Assembly (NCBI GenBank): GCA_002269645.1
Contig: NIVC01001493.1
Coordinates: 186,001-250,000, forward strand
DNA length: 64,000 nt
Reading direction: 5' to 3'
From: Macrostomum lignano
Lineage: Eukaryota
Below are positions 24,180 to 35,578 of the stretch, piece by piece (positions within the stretch are counted from its first letter, which is position 1; every line of letters begins with the position of its first letter). The notes under the pieces were generated by a model. The model was given only the letters and a program-made list of their open reading frames with translations, did not search any database and was not told the DNA's origin. The translations under genes and the position numbers were made by a program.

Positions 24180-25498
24180 ATATAGACGGAACAGTCATCG
24201 GTCATAGACAAAACAGTCATCGGTCATAGACAAAACAGTCATAGGTCATAGACGGAACAGTAATCAGTCATAGACAAAACAGTCATCGGTCATAGACAAA
24301 ACAGTCATCGGTCATAGACAGAACAGTCATCGGTCATAGACAGAACAGTCATTGGTCATAGACAAAGCAGTCATCGGTCATAGATAAAGCAGTATCGGTC
24401 ATAGACAAAGCAGCCATCGGTCATAGACAAAGCAGTCATCGGTCATAGACAGAACAGTCAGTCATTGGTCATAGACAGAACAGTCAGTCATTGGTCATAG
24501 ACAAAGCAGTCATTGGTCATAGACAAAGCAGTCAATGGTCATATACAAAGCAGCCATCGGTCATAGACAAAGCAGCCATCGGTCATAGACAAAGCAGTCA
24601 TCGGTCATAGACAGAACAGTCAGTCATTGGTCATAGACAAAGCAGTCATTGGTCATAGACAGAACAGTCAGTCATTGGTCATAGACAAAGCAGTCATTGG
24701 TCATAGACAAAGCAGTCATTGGTCATAGACAAAGCAGTCAATGGTCATATACAAAGCAGCCATCGGTCATAGACAAAGCAGCCATCGGTCATAGACAAAG
24801 CAGTCATCGGTCATAGACAGAACAGTCAGTCATTGGTCATAGACAAAGCAGTCATTGGTCATAGACAGAACAGTCAGTCATTGGTCATAGACAAAGCAGT
24901 CATTGGTCATAGACAAAGCAGTCATTGGTCATAGACAGAACAGTCAGTCATTTGTCATAGACAAAGCAGTCATTGGTCATAGACAGAACAGTCAGTCATT
25001 GGTCATAGACAAAGCAGCCATCGGTCATAGACAGAACAGTCAGTCATTGGTCATAGACAGAACAGTCAGTCATTGGTCATAGACAAAGCAGTCATTGGTC
25101 ATAGACAGAACAGTCAGTCATTGGTCATAGACAAAGCAGCCATCGGTCATAGACAGAACAGTCAGTCATTGGTCATAGGCAAAGCAGCCATCGGTCATAG
25201 ACAGAACAGTCAGTCATTGGTCATAGACAAAGCAGTCATCGGTCATAGACAGAACAGTCAGTCATTGGTCATAGACAAAGCAGTCATTGGTCATAGACAA
25301 AGCAGTCATCGGTCATAGACAAAGCAGTCACTGGTCATAGACAAAGCAGCCATCGGTCATAGACAGAACAGTCAGTCATTGGTCATAGACAAAGAATTCA
25401 TTGGTCATAGACAAAGCAGTCATCGGTCATAGACAGAACAGTCAGTCATCGGTCATAGACAAAGCAGTCATTGGTCATAGACAAAGCAGCCATCGGTC
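24180..25498. repeat. 22/26-bp minisatellite (GGTCATAGACAAAGCAGTCATT)
   Basis: Direct reading; ends ~20 bp before the acceptor of the bZIP exon. Confidence 0.95.
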
Positions 25499-25520
25499 AT
25501 ACGCACCGCTGCATCCACAG

Positions 25521-26027
25521 GCGAGCGCCCTGCCAACCTTTGAATCCTCCGAATCCTCGGTCGCCCCGACCGATTCGGACGACTGCAGCTTGGCCGGCAT
25601 CCCACTCTGGCTGTCCGACGCTCAACTGGCTGGGATCCCTGTCCGGGATCTGAACCGGCTCATGGAACAGCAGCGCCTCACGGAGGACCAAATCGCCCGA
25701 GTGAAGCGCTACCGCCGCATGCTGAAGAATCGCGAATACGCCCTGTCGTCCAATCGTAGAAAAGACGAACTGTGCGCCGATCTGGAACGGCAGCGCGACG
25801 AACTGCGTCAGCTGGCCGCGTCGCAGGCGGCGTCGCTTCGTGCCCACCGTGGCCGAATTGAAGATTGGCAGGTGAAAATTGCCGGCCTTGAAGCCCTGCT
25901 AGACGGTCGGGCTGAGCTGCAGCAGTTGCCCGACGGCTTCTCCATGATGCGTCCGAAGGATGAGGCTGCGGATGCTGCTGGGGACTGCAGCACAGTGCCC
26001 AAGTCTACTGGCTACCAGTATCACTGA
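25521..26027 (+). CDS. Maf-family bZIP transcription factor, terminal exon; upstream exon not identified
   Basis: LSDAQLAGIPVRDLNRLM...EDQIARVKRYRRMLKNREYA matches the Maf extended homology and basic regions (LSDEELVSMSVRELNR...LKQRRRTLKNRGYA). Candidate acceptor CCACAG ends at 25520. Confidence 0.8.
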   Translation, partial: ASALPTFESSESSVAPTDSDDCSLAGIPLWLSDAQLAGIPVRDLNRLMEQQRLTEDQIARVKRYRRMLKNREYALSSNRRKDELCADLERQRDELRQLAASQAASLRAHRGRIEDWQVKIAGLEALLDGRAELQQLPDGFSMMRPKDEAADAAGDCSTVPKSTGYQYH

Positions 26028-26131
26028 GTCAATGGGGGCTCTGTTTACTGTTAGCATTTCAGCATTGTAAATTGAATGGCGTGTTTTCCTAGTAATCGTA
26101 CCTGGTATATTAACTAAACAAACTCTGTCTA

Positions 26132-26990
26132 ATCCCATCTCCCCTTCAATTGGATCCCATCTCCCCTTCAATCAGGTCCCATCTCCCATTCAATCAGGTC
26201 CCATCTCCCCTTCAATCAGGTCCCATCTCCCCTTCAATCAGGTCCCATCTCCCATTCAATCAGGTCCCATCTCCCCTACAATCTGATCCCATCTCCCCTT
26301 CAATCAGATCCCATCTCCCCTACAATCAGATCCCATCTCCCCTTCAATCAGATCCCCTCTCCCCTACAATCTGATCCCATCCCCTCTTCAATCAGGTCCC
26401 ATCTCCCCTAAAATCTGATCCCATCCCCTCTTCAATCAGATCCCATCTCCCCTTCAATTAGATCCCATCTCCCCTTCAATCAGATCCCATCTCCCCTACA
26501 ATCAGGTCCCATCTCCCCTACAATCTGATCCCATCTCCCATTCAATCTGATCCCATCTCCCCTACAATCTGACCCCATCTCCCCTTCAATCAGATCCCGT
26601 CTCCCTACAATCAGATCCCATCTCCCTTCAATCAGATCCCATCTCCCCTACAATCTGATCCCATCCCCTCTTCAATCAGGTCCCATCTCCCCTAAAATCT
26701 GATCCCATCCCCTCTTCAATCAGATCCCATCTCCCCTTCAATTAGATCCCATCTCCCCTTCAATCAGATCCCATCTCCCCTTCAATCAGATCCCATCTCC
26801 CCTACAATCTGATCCCATCTCCCCTACAATCTGATCCCATCTCCCCTACAATCAGGTCCCATCTCCCCTACAATCTGATCTTATCTCCCCTTCAATCAGA
26901 TCCCGTCTCCCTTCAATCAGATCCCGTCTCCCCTTCAATCAGGTTCCATCTCCCTACAATCAGATCCCATCTCCCTTCAATTAGGTCCCA
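26132..26990. repeat. 22-bp minisatellite (CAATCAGATCCCATCTCCCCTT)
   Basis: Direct reading. Confidence 0.95.
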
Positions 26991-27339
26991 AGTCTAATTG
27001 CATTGGTTGCCCTCACAATGACATTGCGTAGTACATGATGAAGTCTGCAAGTTATATGCATGATATGTATGTTCAGATTTTAACAATGGTTATGTCTATG
27101 TTTCATATCTTCAATTCCATGTACATATAAAAGATCTGTCCGTTGCTTTAATTTGTTTATACTGTGCTCAATAAATAAACGTCAATGACTTTTCTGATAT
27201 CGTAAAGGTTTTTTAGTTATTTTCTAAAATGGCGTTGGAATTTGTTTCCTAGAAAAAGTTGTTACCAATTGGCTTTAAACTTCACCATTTAGATTGTGAA
27301 TTATTTACATTTTTCCCGCAGCTGAGCTGACATATTAAC

Positions 27340-27366
27340 ATGACCGCTCTATTAAAATCTGTTACG
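27340..27366 (+). CDS. HSD17B10: HSD17B10-like short-chain dehydrogenase, exon 1 (join 27340..27366, 28684..29175, 29884..29992, 30635..30930; 307 aa)
   Basis: ATG ACC GCT CTA TTA AAA TCT GTT ACG|GTGAGT splices in frame to GLRVMVTGGASGLG, paralleling human RSVKGLVAVITGGASGLG. Confidence 0.7.
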
Positions 27367-27411
27367 GTGAGTTACATTTCTCGAATAATCACATCATGTT
27401 CTAGTATCTAA

Positions 27412-28678
27412 TCCACCCTAATAATCATCCCTAATCCACCCTAATAAGCATCCCTAATCCACCCTAATAAGCATCCCTAATCCACTCTAATAAGTATCCT
27501 TAATCCACTCTAATAAGCATCCCTAATCCACCTAATAAGCATCCCTAATCCACTCTAATAAGCATCCCTAATCCACCTAATAAGCATCCCTAATCCACCC
27601 TAATAAGCATCCCTAATCCACCCTAATAAGCATCCCTAATCCACCCTAATAAGTATCCTTAATCCACCTAATAAGTATCCTTAATCCACTCTAATAAGCA
27701 TCCCTAATCCATCCTAATAAGTATCCTTAATCCACCCTAATAAGAATCCCTAATCCACTCTAATAAGCATCCCTAATCCACCCTAATAAGCATCCCTAAT
27801 CCACCCTAATAAGCATCCCTAATCCACCCTAATAAGCATCCCTAATCCACCCTAATAAGCATCCCTAATCCACCCTAATAAGTATCCTTAATCCACCTAA
27901 TAAGCATCCCTAATCCACTCTAATAAGTATCCTTAATCCACTCTAATAAGCATCCCTAATCCACCTAATAAGCATCCCTAATCCACCCTAGTAAGCATCC
28001 CTAATCCACCCTAATAAGCATCCCTAATCCACCCTAATAAGCATCCCTAATCCACCCTAACAATCATCCCTAATCCACCCTAATAAGCATCCCTAATCCA
28101 CCCTAATAAGCATCCCTAATCCACCCTAATAAGCATCCCTAATGCACCCTAATAATCATCCCTAATCCACCCTAATAAGCATCCCTAATCCACCCTAATA
28201 AGCATCCCTAATCCACCCTAATAAGCATCCCTAATCCACCCTAATAATCATCCCTAATCCACCCTAATAATCATCCCTAATCCACCCTAATAAGCATCCC
28301 TAATCCACCCTAGTAGGCATCCCTAATCCACCCTAATAAGCATCCCTAATCCACTCTAATAAGCATCCCTAATCCACCCTAATAAGCATCACTAATCCAC
28401 CCTAATAAGTATCCCTAATCCATCCTAAAAACCATCCCTAATCCACCCTAATAAGTATCCTTAATCCACCTAATAAGCATCCCTAATCCACCCTAATAAG
28501 CATCCCTAATCCACTCTAATAAGCATCCCTAATCCACCCTAATAAGCATCCCTAATCCACCCTAATAAGCATCACTAATCCACCCTAATAATTATCCCTA
28601 ATCCATCCTAATAAGCATCACTAATCCACCCTAGTAAGCATCCCTAATCCACTCTAATAACCATCCCTAATCCACCCC
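27412..28678. repeat. 23-bp minisatellite (CCCTAATCCACCCTAATAAGCAT) filling SDR intron 1
   Basis: Direct reading; two CCCTAA hexamers per unit. Confidence 0.96.
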
Positions 28679-28683
28679 CGCAG

Positions 28684-29175
28684 GGCCTCCGCGTGATGGT
28701 GACGGGCGGTGCCTCTGGCCTGGGCGCGACAACCGCAACCCAGCTGCTCAACCGAGGTGCTCGCGTCCTCATCGTTGACGTGGCCGAGTCCAACCCGACG
28801 ACAAATGCCGGCTTCTGTCGGGCCGACATTACGGACGAGTCCGGCGTCGCCAGCGCGATGTCGGTCGCCGAGAAACAGCTTGGCGGACTGGACGCCGTGG
28901 TCAACTGCGCTGGCGAAGGCCTGGCCGCTCGGATGTACAACTGGAACAACGACACCGTCTTCAACCAGGATGACTTTCGTCGACTCCTGCAAGTCAACGC
29001 GCTGGGAACCTTCAACGTTTGCCGACTGGCTGCTCAGCTGATGGCAAAGAATCAGCCTGCTGCTTCTGCTGCTAGGAAAGACAAGAAGGCTGCGAAAAAA
29101 GCTGCTGCTGCCACTGATGCTGCTCAGCGAGGCGTGATTGTTAACACGTCATCTCTGTCTGCGTTTGATGGACAG
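28684..29175 (+). CDS. HSD17B10: HSD17B10-like SDR, exon 2
   Basis: TGGASGLG, VVNCAG, VNALGTFNVCRL, QRGVIVNTSS and AFDGQ motifs; boundaries CGCAG| and |GTGAA. Confidence 0.88.
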
Positions 29176-29209
29176 GTGAATGTTTATGTTGGGATAGGCT
29201 TGCTGTTTG

Positions 29210-29750
29210 AGTAGGTAATCTGGTGTCTGAAGTAGGTAGGCTCTGGTCTCTGAGTAGGTAGGCTCTGGTCTCTGAGTAGGTAGGCTCTGGTCTCTGAGTA
29301 GGTAGGCTTTGTGTCTGAGTAGGTAGGCTTTGTGTCTGAGTAGTAGGCTTTGTGTCTGAGTAGGTAGGCTCTGGTCTTTGAGTAGGTAGGCTTTGTGTCT
29401 GAGTAGGTAAGCTCTGGTCTCTGAGTAGGTAGGCTTTGTGTCTGAGTAGGTAGGCTCTGGTCTCTGAGTAGGTAGGCTTTGTGTCTGAGTAGGTAGGCTC
29501 TGGTCTCTGAGTAGGCAGGCTTTGTGTCTGAGTAGGTAGGCTTTGTGTCTGAGTAGGTAGGCTTTGTGTCTGAGTAGGTAGTCTTTTGTGCCTGAGTAGT
29601 CAGACTTGGTGTCTAGGTAGGCAGTCTTTGTGTCTGAGTAGGTAGGCTTAGTGTTGAGTAGGTAGTCCTGGTGTCTGAGTAGGCAGGCTTTGTGTCTGAG
29701 TAAGTAGGCTCTGTGTCTGAGTAGGTAGGCTTTATGTCTGAGTAAGTAGT
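29210..29750. repeat. 21/22-bp minisatellite (GAGTAGGTAGGCTTTGTGTCT) in SDR intron 2
   Basis: Direct reading. Confidence 0.93.
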
Positions 29751-29883
29751 TTAGTTGTCTAAAGATGTAATAGCTGTGTTTTATGAGTTTTAGGGAGCGC
29801 CAATGTGGGCGGTTTAAAGTTGTAAACGGAGGAGACTTATTTCGTTAGAAAAAAACTTCATTTTTTTTTCACTCTCGCGGCAG

Positions 29884-29992
29884 GCAACCCAGACGATGTA
29901 CTCGGCCAGCAAGGCGGCGGTGGCCGCAATGACCCTGCCTCTGTCCAGAGATCTGGCACCGCTGGGTATTCGTGTCTGCTGCATCGCTCCGG
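29884..29992 (+). CDS. HSD17B10: HSD17B10-like SDR, exon 3 with the catalytic YxxxK
   Basis: [37 protein letters not shown]; boundaries GCAG| and |GTGAG. Confidence 0.9.
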
Positions 29993-30234
29993 GTGAGATC
30001 TCAACTGAATAGTCAACTTTAGAGCTTCCTGATAATCACATAGAGACACCCGGATTATCATCATTAGATCACCTTAAACGCGATCATTAAAATATCATGA
30101 TAGCAATCCGATACCGCATGATAATTAACCTAATCACCCAAAAAAATCTTTCTCAAACTAACTCAAATATTAATCATCAAATTGCCTTGATGATCATCAT
30201 CAACTCGCTCTGAGAATCATAATAAAATCACCCT

Positions 30235-30490
30235 GATAATCATCATCAAATCTCCCTGATAATCATCATCAAATCACCCTGATAACCATCACCAAAGCAC
30301 TCTGATAATCATCATCAAATCGCCCTGATAATCATCACCAAATCACTCTGATAATCATCATCATATCGCCCTGATAATCATCACCAAATCACTCTGATAA
30401 TCATCATCAAATCGCCCTGATAATCATCACCAAATCACTCTGATAATCATCATCAAATCGCCCTGATAATCATCATCAAATCACCCTAAA
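30235..30490. repeat. 23-bp minisatellite (TGATAATCATCACCAAATCACTC) in SDR intron 3
   Basis: Direct reading. Confidence 0.9.
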
Positions 30491-30634
30491 AATCATTAGA
30501 CGGTCATTAGATTACTGTGATAATCATAAAAAATCTTCTTGATAATCATGAAGTCACCCTGATAGTCACTGGGCTGTGATTAAATTATTGCAATAATCAT
30601 CGAATCCCATTCTCCCCCAAACCTCAAACCGCAG

Positions 30635-30930
30635 GCTACTTCGACTCCCCGATGTGCGTACGCGACTCCTACCCGCCCCGGGTATTGAAGTTCCTCGCCG
30701 ACCACAACCGCGCCATCTACCGGCTGGGTCGGCCGACAGAGTTCGCGGACGCGGTAGAGATGATCCTGCTCAACCCCATGCTCAACGGAGTCTGCCTCCG
30801 GTTGGACTCAGCGTCTAGGGGATTTTTCTATCACCGACGCCAGAAAGCCGTGCCGCTGGTTGCTAGGGACGCTCCGGCAACTGTTGAGGACTCAGGGGCT
30901 GGTGATACTACTGCTGAAGTAGCTCAGTAG
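30635..30930 (+). CDS. HSD17B10: HSD17B10-like SDR, terminal exon
   Basis: (G)YFDSPM...RLGRPTEFADAVEMILLNPMLNGVCLRLD parallels human RLGDPAEYAHLV..IENPFLNGEVIRLD; phase-1 junction is consistent. Confidence 0.88.
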
Positions 30931-31479
30931 TCACATCAGTTTATTTTTCCGCCAATTTGCATTGCATCATCGGGATCGTATGCATTTCATATGAAAGAAA
31001 CGAACTAAGCTTTTATAACTGTGTGGCTTAGATTTTATTTTGGCAAAATTGTCAAACAATAAAATTCAACACATTTTGTATGCATAAAGTAAACTAAAGT
31101 TGCTTCGAAAGCGCTGCACGCGTGTTTATTTATTTCTTAATTTGCATAGAAAGCTAGTGGACCCATTGAATGTCAGCAAATTACACGGAAAAATACTTTA
31201 TATCCTAGTTGGTTGAGTAGTTGGCAGAGTTTGAATAGTGTCATAACAAAAACTGAAGTTCTCTTTTTTACGCGCACATCTAAAAATAGAACTGGGCATA
31301 CCGAACTTGATTGTACATTTATTTGTACGAGGGCGTACCCGGCTGGTTTACAGTGCCAGTGTCAGTCTTCTGCCTTAACAGTACGGTGTTTCTTTTATTT
31401 TACTTCTCTTTCTTTTATGTTATGTTGCACATAAAATGCGTGTTATTTTTTATTTAACAAGATGAGGGAAAACGATGTT

Positions 31480-32499
31480 TCAACTTGACTCATAAGGGAC
31501 TCGTCCAGGTTGCGACTCGAGCTGGGCCACCCGACGGTTCAGCCTTTCAATCTCCGCATCCCTCTCTCCCAATGCGGCAGTGTTGTGATCTTGCTCTGCA
31601 GCCAGTTGAATGTTCTCCTGCCTCAGCTGCTGGTTCTCTTCGTCCCTCTCGTGCACCATGCTGTACACCTGCAACACTTGAGTCATAGAGCCAATGAGCT
31701 GCTCAGTCAGGTGCATGGGTCCCATGAGGACCTTCTCCTCCAGGAATTGTAACTCCCTGTCGTAGGCCTGTAAGGTGGCTTCAACTTGATGGAGAATCTC
31801 AGCTTGACGCTCCAGTTTAGGGACGCTCAGCTGTGTCTCTGAGACAGCTCTGGTCGTCCCGAATGCAACTGCGGCGCCGGCAGCTCCTGCAGCTACGGCC
31901 AGCGGAGCCCCTCCACCAAGGGTGGCAATGCCGAGAATGGCAGCTATCCCAGCTACAGCTGCCATCGCTGCTGCCTTGCCGTAGCCCCATCGCCGCGTGC
32001 TTTCTGCTTCTTGGTACAGCTGGGTGAACTTTTGTTCAAATTCTTTGATAGCTTTTTCGAATAACTCTCGCAGGTTTTCAATTTCCTTTAAAAAGTTCGA
32101 CAAGTGACTCCCGTAGCGCTTCGACGTGCTGATTGTTTTCTCCAGCCCCTTCTTCATCTCTGAGACCTCGTCTGCCGTTATCCTGCGACCTTCAATCATC
32201 TTGCGAAGGCAGTCTTCAATCTTCTTGTGCTGCTCTTGTAATGGGAGACCAAATTCGTTAATTTCATCGATTCTCTTTTTGCAATCGTTCAGTTTAGACA
32301 TTGCTTCTTGGAACATTGTCGCTTCGAAGTCTTGCAGTCTTTCGCACTTTTCGTGCAAAGCTTGCAGCCTTTCCTTTGTTACCTTGATCTCCCTTATGGC
32401 TTCAGTCATCTTGTGCGCTGCTTTTAACACATCGGCCCAGGCTTGGAAGCTTTTAGCCATCTCCGAAGTCTGCTCCTGGCTGGACAAGTTGTCAGACAT
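31480..32499 (-). CDS. Intronless 339-aa alpha-helical/coiled-coil protein with a central hydrophobic Gly/Ala hairpin (ApoL- or ClyA/Hbl-like architecture); function unknown
   Basis: Long non-repetitive ORF, first ATG at 32499. Heptad-rich helices flank KAAAMAAVAGIAAILGIATLGGGAPLAVAAGAAGAAVAFG. Confidence 0.8.
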   Translation of the reverse strand: MSDNLSSQEQTSEMAKSFQAWADVLKAAHKMTEAIREIKVTKERLQALHEKCERLQDFEATMFQEAMSKLNDCKKRIDEINEFGLPLQEQHKKIEDCLRKMIEGRRITADEVSEMKKGLEKTISTSKRYGSHLSNFLKEIENLRELFEKAIKEFEQKFTQLYQEAESTRRWGYGKAAAMAAVAGIAAILGIATLGGGAPLAVAAGAAGAAVAFGTTRAVSETQLSVPKLERQAEILHQVEATLQAYDRELQFLEEKVLMGPMHLTEQLIGSMTQVLQVYSMVHERDEENQQLRQENIQLAAEQDHNTAALGERDAEIERLNRRVAQLESQPGRVPYESS

Positions 32500-33379
32500 T
32501 ATTCGTGTTGTAACAGTGTATTCTAGCGTATAACAGGACAATTTTCCGTTTTGTGGTCTGGAGTGCCTCTCGTGTCCGATTGTATTGTTATATATCTACT
32601 GAGAAAATAGGACCAGTTAAAATTCTAGTCTCGGACTAATTCTATTGGCTGCTCTGAGATCATATAGCATATTCTTTTATGTACAGAACAACTGTATGTA
32701 TCCAGCAGCACGGCAGTATCTGTCGTGTCGTCCTAATTTCGTGTCTTCTTCATGGACAGTCGCCGGTGATGCGTTTCATCTTCAGCAGTCTTTGCTAATG
32801 CGCCATGTTTGTCGCGGCTAGCATGCGTCCGCAGCCATCGATCTTGATCTGTATTCCTCTCGCCTCCCGGGGCCGTGTCGTCTTCGCCGTGTCGACGAAT
32901 CACCTGAGCTTTTCCTTGCTACGTTGAGCAACTTTCGCTGACGAAGGATCATTGGATGCCGAAAAAATCCAACGATCTGAAACCAAGCTCATCGATGTCT
33001 GTCTCGTAATAACCAAGGTTCTTATTGGCCAATGGTTATCTTTGCTATTTAATTTTGCAGTTGTCCGATATTTTTACTTTAGTCTCCGCGAGTAGATTAT
33101 GAAAACAATGACTGCTTCGGGGACAGGGATGCTTTCTACTGAACCGTTTCGTCTTCATGGTCAGTGTTGCGTCAGACTTTTTATTCTTATTTGAGTAAAC
33201 TCGATCTATACGCAACATGCATGGTTAGCTTGGTTAGCTACTGACTACTGACTAAGTAGCTAGCTGAAGTCTCTTATACACGATATTGCATTTACCGAAT
33301 CACTGACAGCAGTTCCTGATTGGGATTTTCAAACCAGGTGGCAATTCTGCAATTCCGCCTCAGTGCAGCCTTGCCAAGC

Positions 33380-33628
33380 CTCCAAATTTCATCAGCACGT
33401 CGACCGCATGCGTCTGCATGATCAGCTCTGACTTCGTCGGTCACTGGCCTTCAAGAGCTTCTAGACATTCAACAGGTGGCACCAGGTGACTATGGACACC
33501 CTGTTGCGATTGTCTCTGAGTTAGCTGTATCAAGCCTCGACAGGGAGAATACCTGAAGTGCTGTGTATCCTCAAACATCCCGTCATCACCCCGACGCCTA
33601 CCTTTACCGGGTACGGGTGACACCTGGC
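33380..33628. repeat. Dispersed ~250-bp repeat, copy 1 (copy 2 at 40943-41208)
   Basis: Shared blocks in the same order: CTCCAAATTTCATCAGCA, CAGCTC.GACTTCGT.GGT.ACTGGCCTTCA, ATTCAACAG.TGGCACCAGGTGACT, TCAAGCCTCGACAG, TGACACC.GGC. Confidence 0.8.
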
Positions 33629-35578
33629 GATCGACGGGCCGAGGTATTCCATCATACCTTTTACATTTCTGACGCTCTTAAAATTATTTTCAAACACAAG
33701 AATGGCTACTATAATTGCGAATTCTCTTAAAGGTATTGCTACTCATCGGCTATTAATATTTTAATTGGCAAGTTGTTTACCTCTTAAACTGTTAATTGAA
33801 TCGCACTTTTAAAAAGGGTCTCGCCTTTAAAAAACTACTTTACGCAAAAAGGCCGAAGGATGAGGGCCGCTACCAGGACACAAACATTCCTGCGTACGCC
33901 ACTGCATTCGTGTCTGCAGTTGCAAGTAGCTAGCTATATGATAGAAATACTTGAGTGTAGGGAGCATATTTCTAGTGCAAGAGCTAATCGCTTTGGGCAA
34001 GCAGATCAGGAAAGCACGAGCACCCCCGAGGAGAAGAGAAGGTTTGCATCATGTACAGCTCTTGCACTGACGAGTTGGCTGCAAGCAGTTGCTGATCTAG
34101 TTTGCCTAATACCCGTCTGAAATGCCGCCCAATTTCCTTAGCAGAATCCTAAGTTGAGGCCCCCCATCCCGCCGCATGTCTGTCTGCTTAGGGCGGCTCC
34201 CAGAGGGCAAGCGAGAGATTGGCCGCAAATGCATGCAAATTCAATTGGGAAATTGCTGTGACATGTGAATGCATGATTACAAGCACAAGTGAGAATTATG
34301 TTGCTTATTTAGTTCCGGGGGCAATGCTCCACGTTTATTCATCAAAAAACGGTTGTAGTGCTGAATTCTATAAACTTTTGCCTCAATTGTCCCGCTAGGC
34401 AGGATCTTAATTTAGGCCTAGTGAAAGTAAAGTTCTACCAAGGTGTATGAGTAGGGGGGGGGCGTAGTGGTTAAGTGCGGCGCCCTGATGTATCAGTGGC
34501 GCAGGCTCGATAATTTTGGGACTAAATTGAAATCTCGGCTTGGCTCTGCTCGTGCAATCAACGCCCTTAAGGGCCAACCCCCAAGGCACAGTGAAGTGTA
34601 CATGCCTAACGATAAAATAAAGTTAGGGCCGCTGTACACTCCTGTGTGAGTGTGTGCCTGTACGTATGACTGCGTACGTGTCCACGCGCTTGTGTGCCTG
34701 CTCAGGGGAGTCGGTGGAATGGACAGTAATGCCTCTTGGCCGCGGTTGTGCGACAATTTCGTTTAAAGTGCGCCAGGGTGCACACAGCCCCCTGCCTCTA
34801 ATAAATTTTTTATCAGTGACTTAATTACTGTGTAATTACTATTGAATACCTCTTGAAACCCTCTTACTCTTACCAAGTTACCAACTATGGGCTCCAGAGC
34901 ACAAGGCCCTTCTAATACTGTATTGATACTGAATCACCCTGTTATGATGCTCTGAACCATGGCAGAAATAGTCACAGCTGTCAGTTCAATCAAATGCATG
35001 CAATTTACATGCAGTTGGACACCATGAACTTCGATAAGGAAACTGCACACACACTATAGGCCTGCGATTGAGAAAGTTATTAATCAAGAAGTAACAGCTT
35101 GTCATGGAATAAATTGATATTGCACCCTAAAACTCTCATAAAGAATCGGAGGAGTAGGGATATTGCTGTGAGTAGGTTGGAAATTCATTCTAATAAAATG
35201 GTGTGCATACATATAGAGTGAACTAATAATATATTTGATGCTTAGCGCACAATCATATGCGCCAAATCTGTACGTGACCGCACTGCCGATGGTCACCTCC
35301 CAGCCGTATAGTTGGAGAGAGGAAAATACTGGGAGACGGCCGAGAATTTATTAGACTGCCGGCCAATCCTCGATGAGCGAATGACGGTGGAGAAGAGGGC
35401 GAACGATAGAAAAAGGCAAGTGTATAAAATAATAATGCGGTTCAAGTCAAAGCGCTGCCTTCCAGACCTGATTTCGCGCTCACCAATTTATGCTGAAACT
35501 GCCATTGTATGCACGAGTTGGCCATGCGCGCGCGCTGCAGACAGTCCAGCATCTGCTGATCCTCACTGCTCCATCGAG

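Noticed and set aside
19715-25500. Long ORFs at 19.7-20.5, 21.0-22.5, 23.0-23.5 and 25.0-25.5 kb
   Set aside because: Stop-free tandem repeats with no coding signature.
32780-33030. Broken - strand frame with SAM-like wording (DIDELGFRSLDFFGI / ILRQRKLLNVARK)
   Set aside because: Needs a frameshift, has stops on both sides, and the similarity is too short to support.
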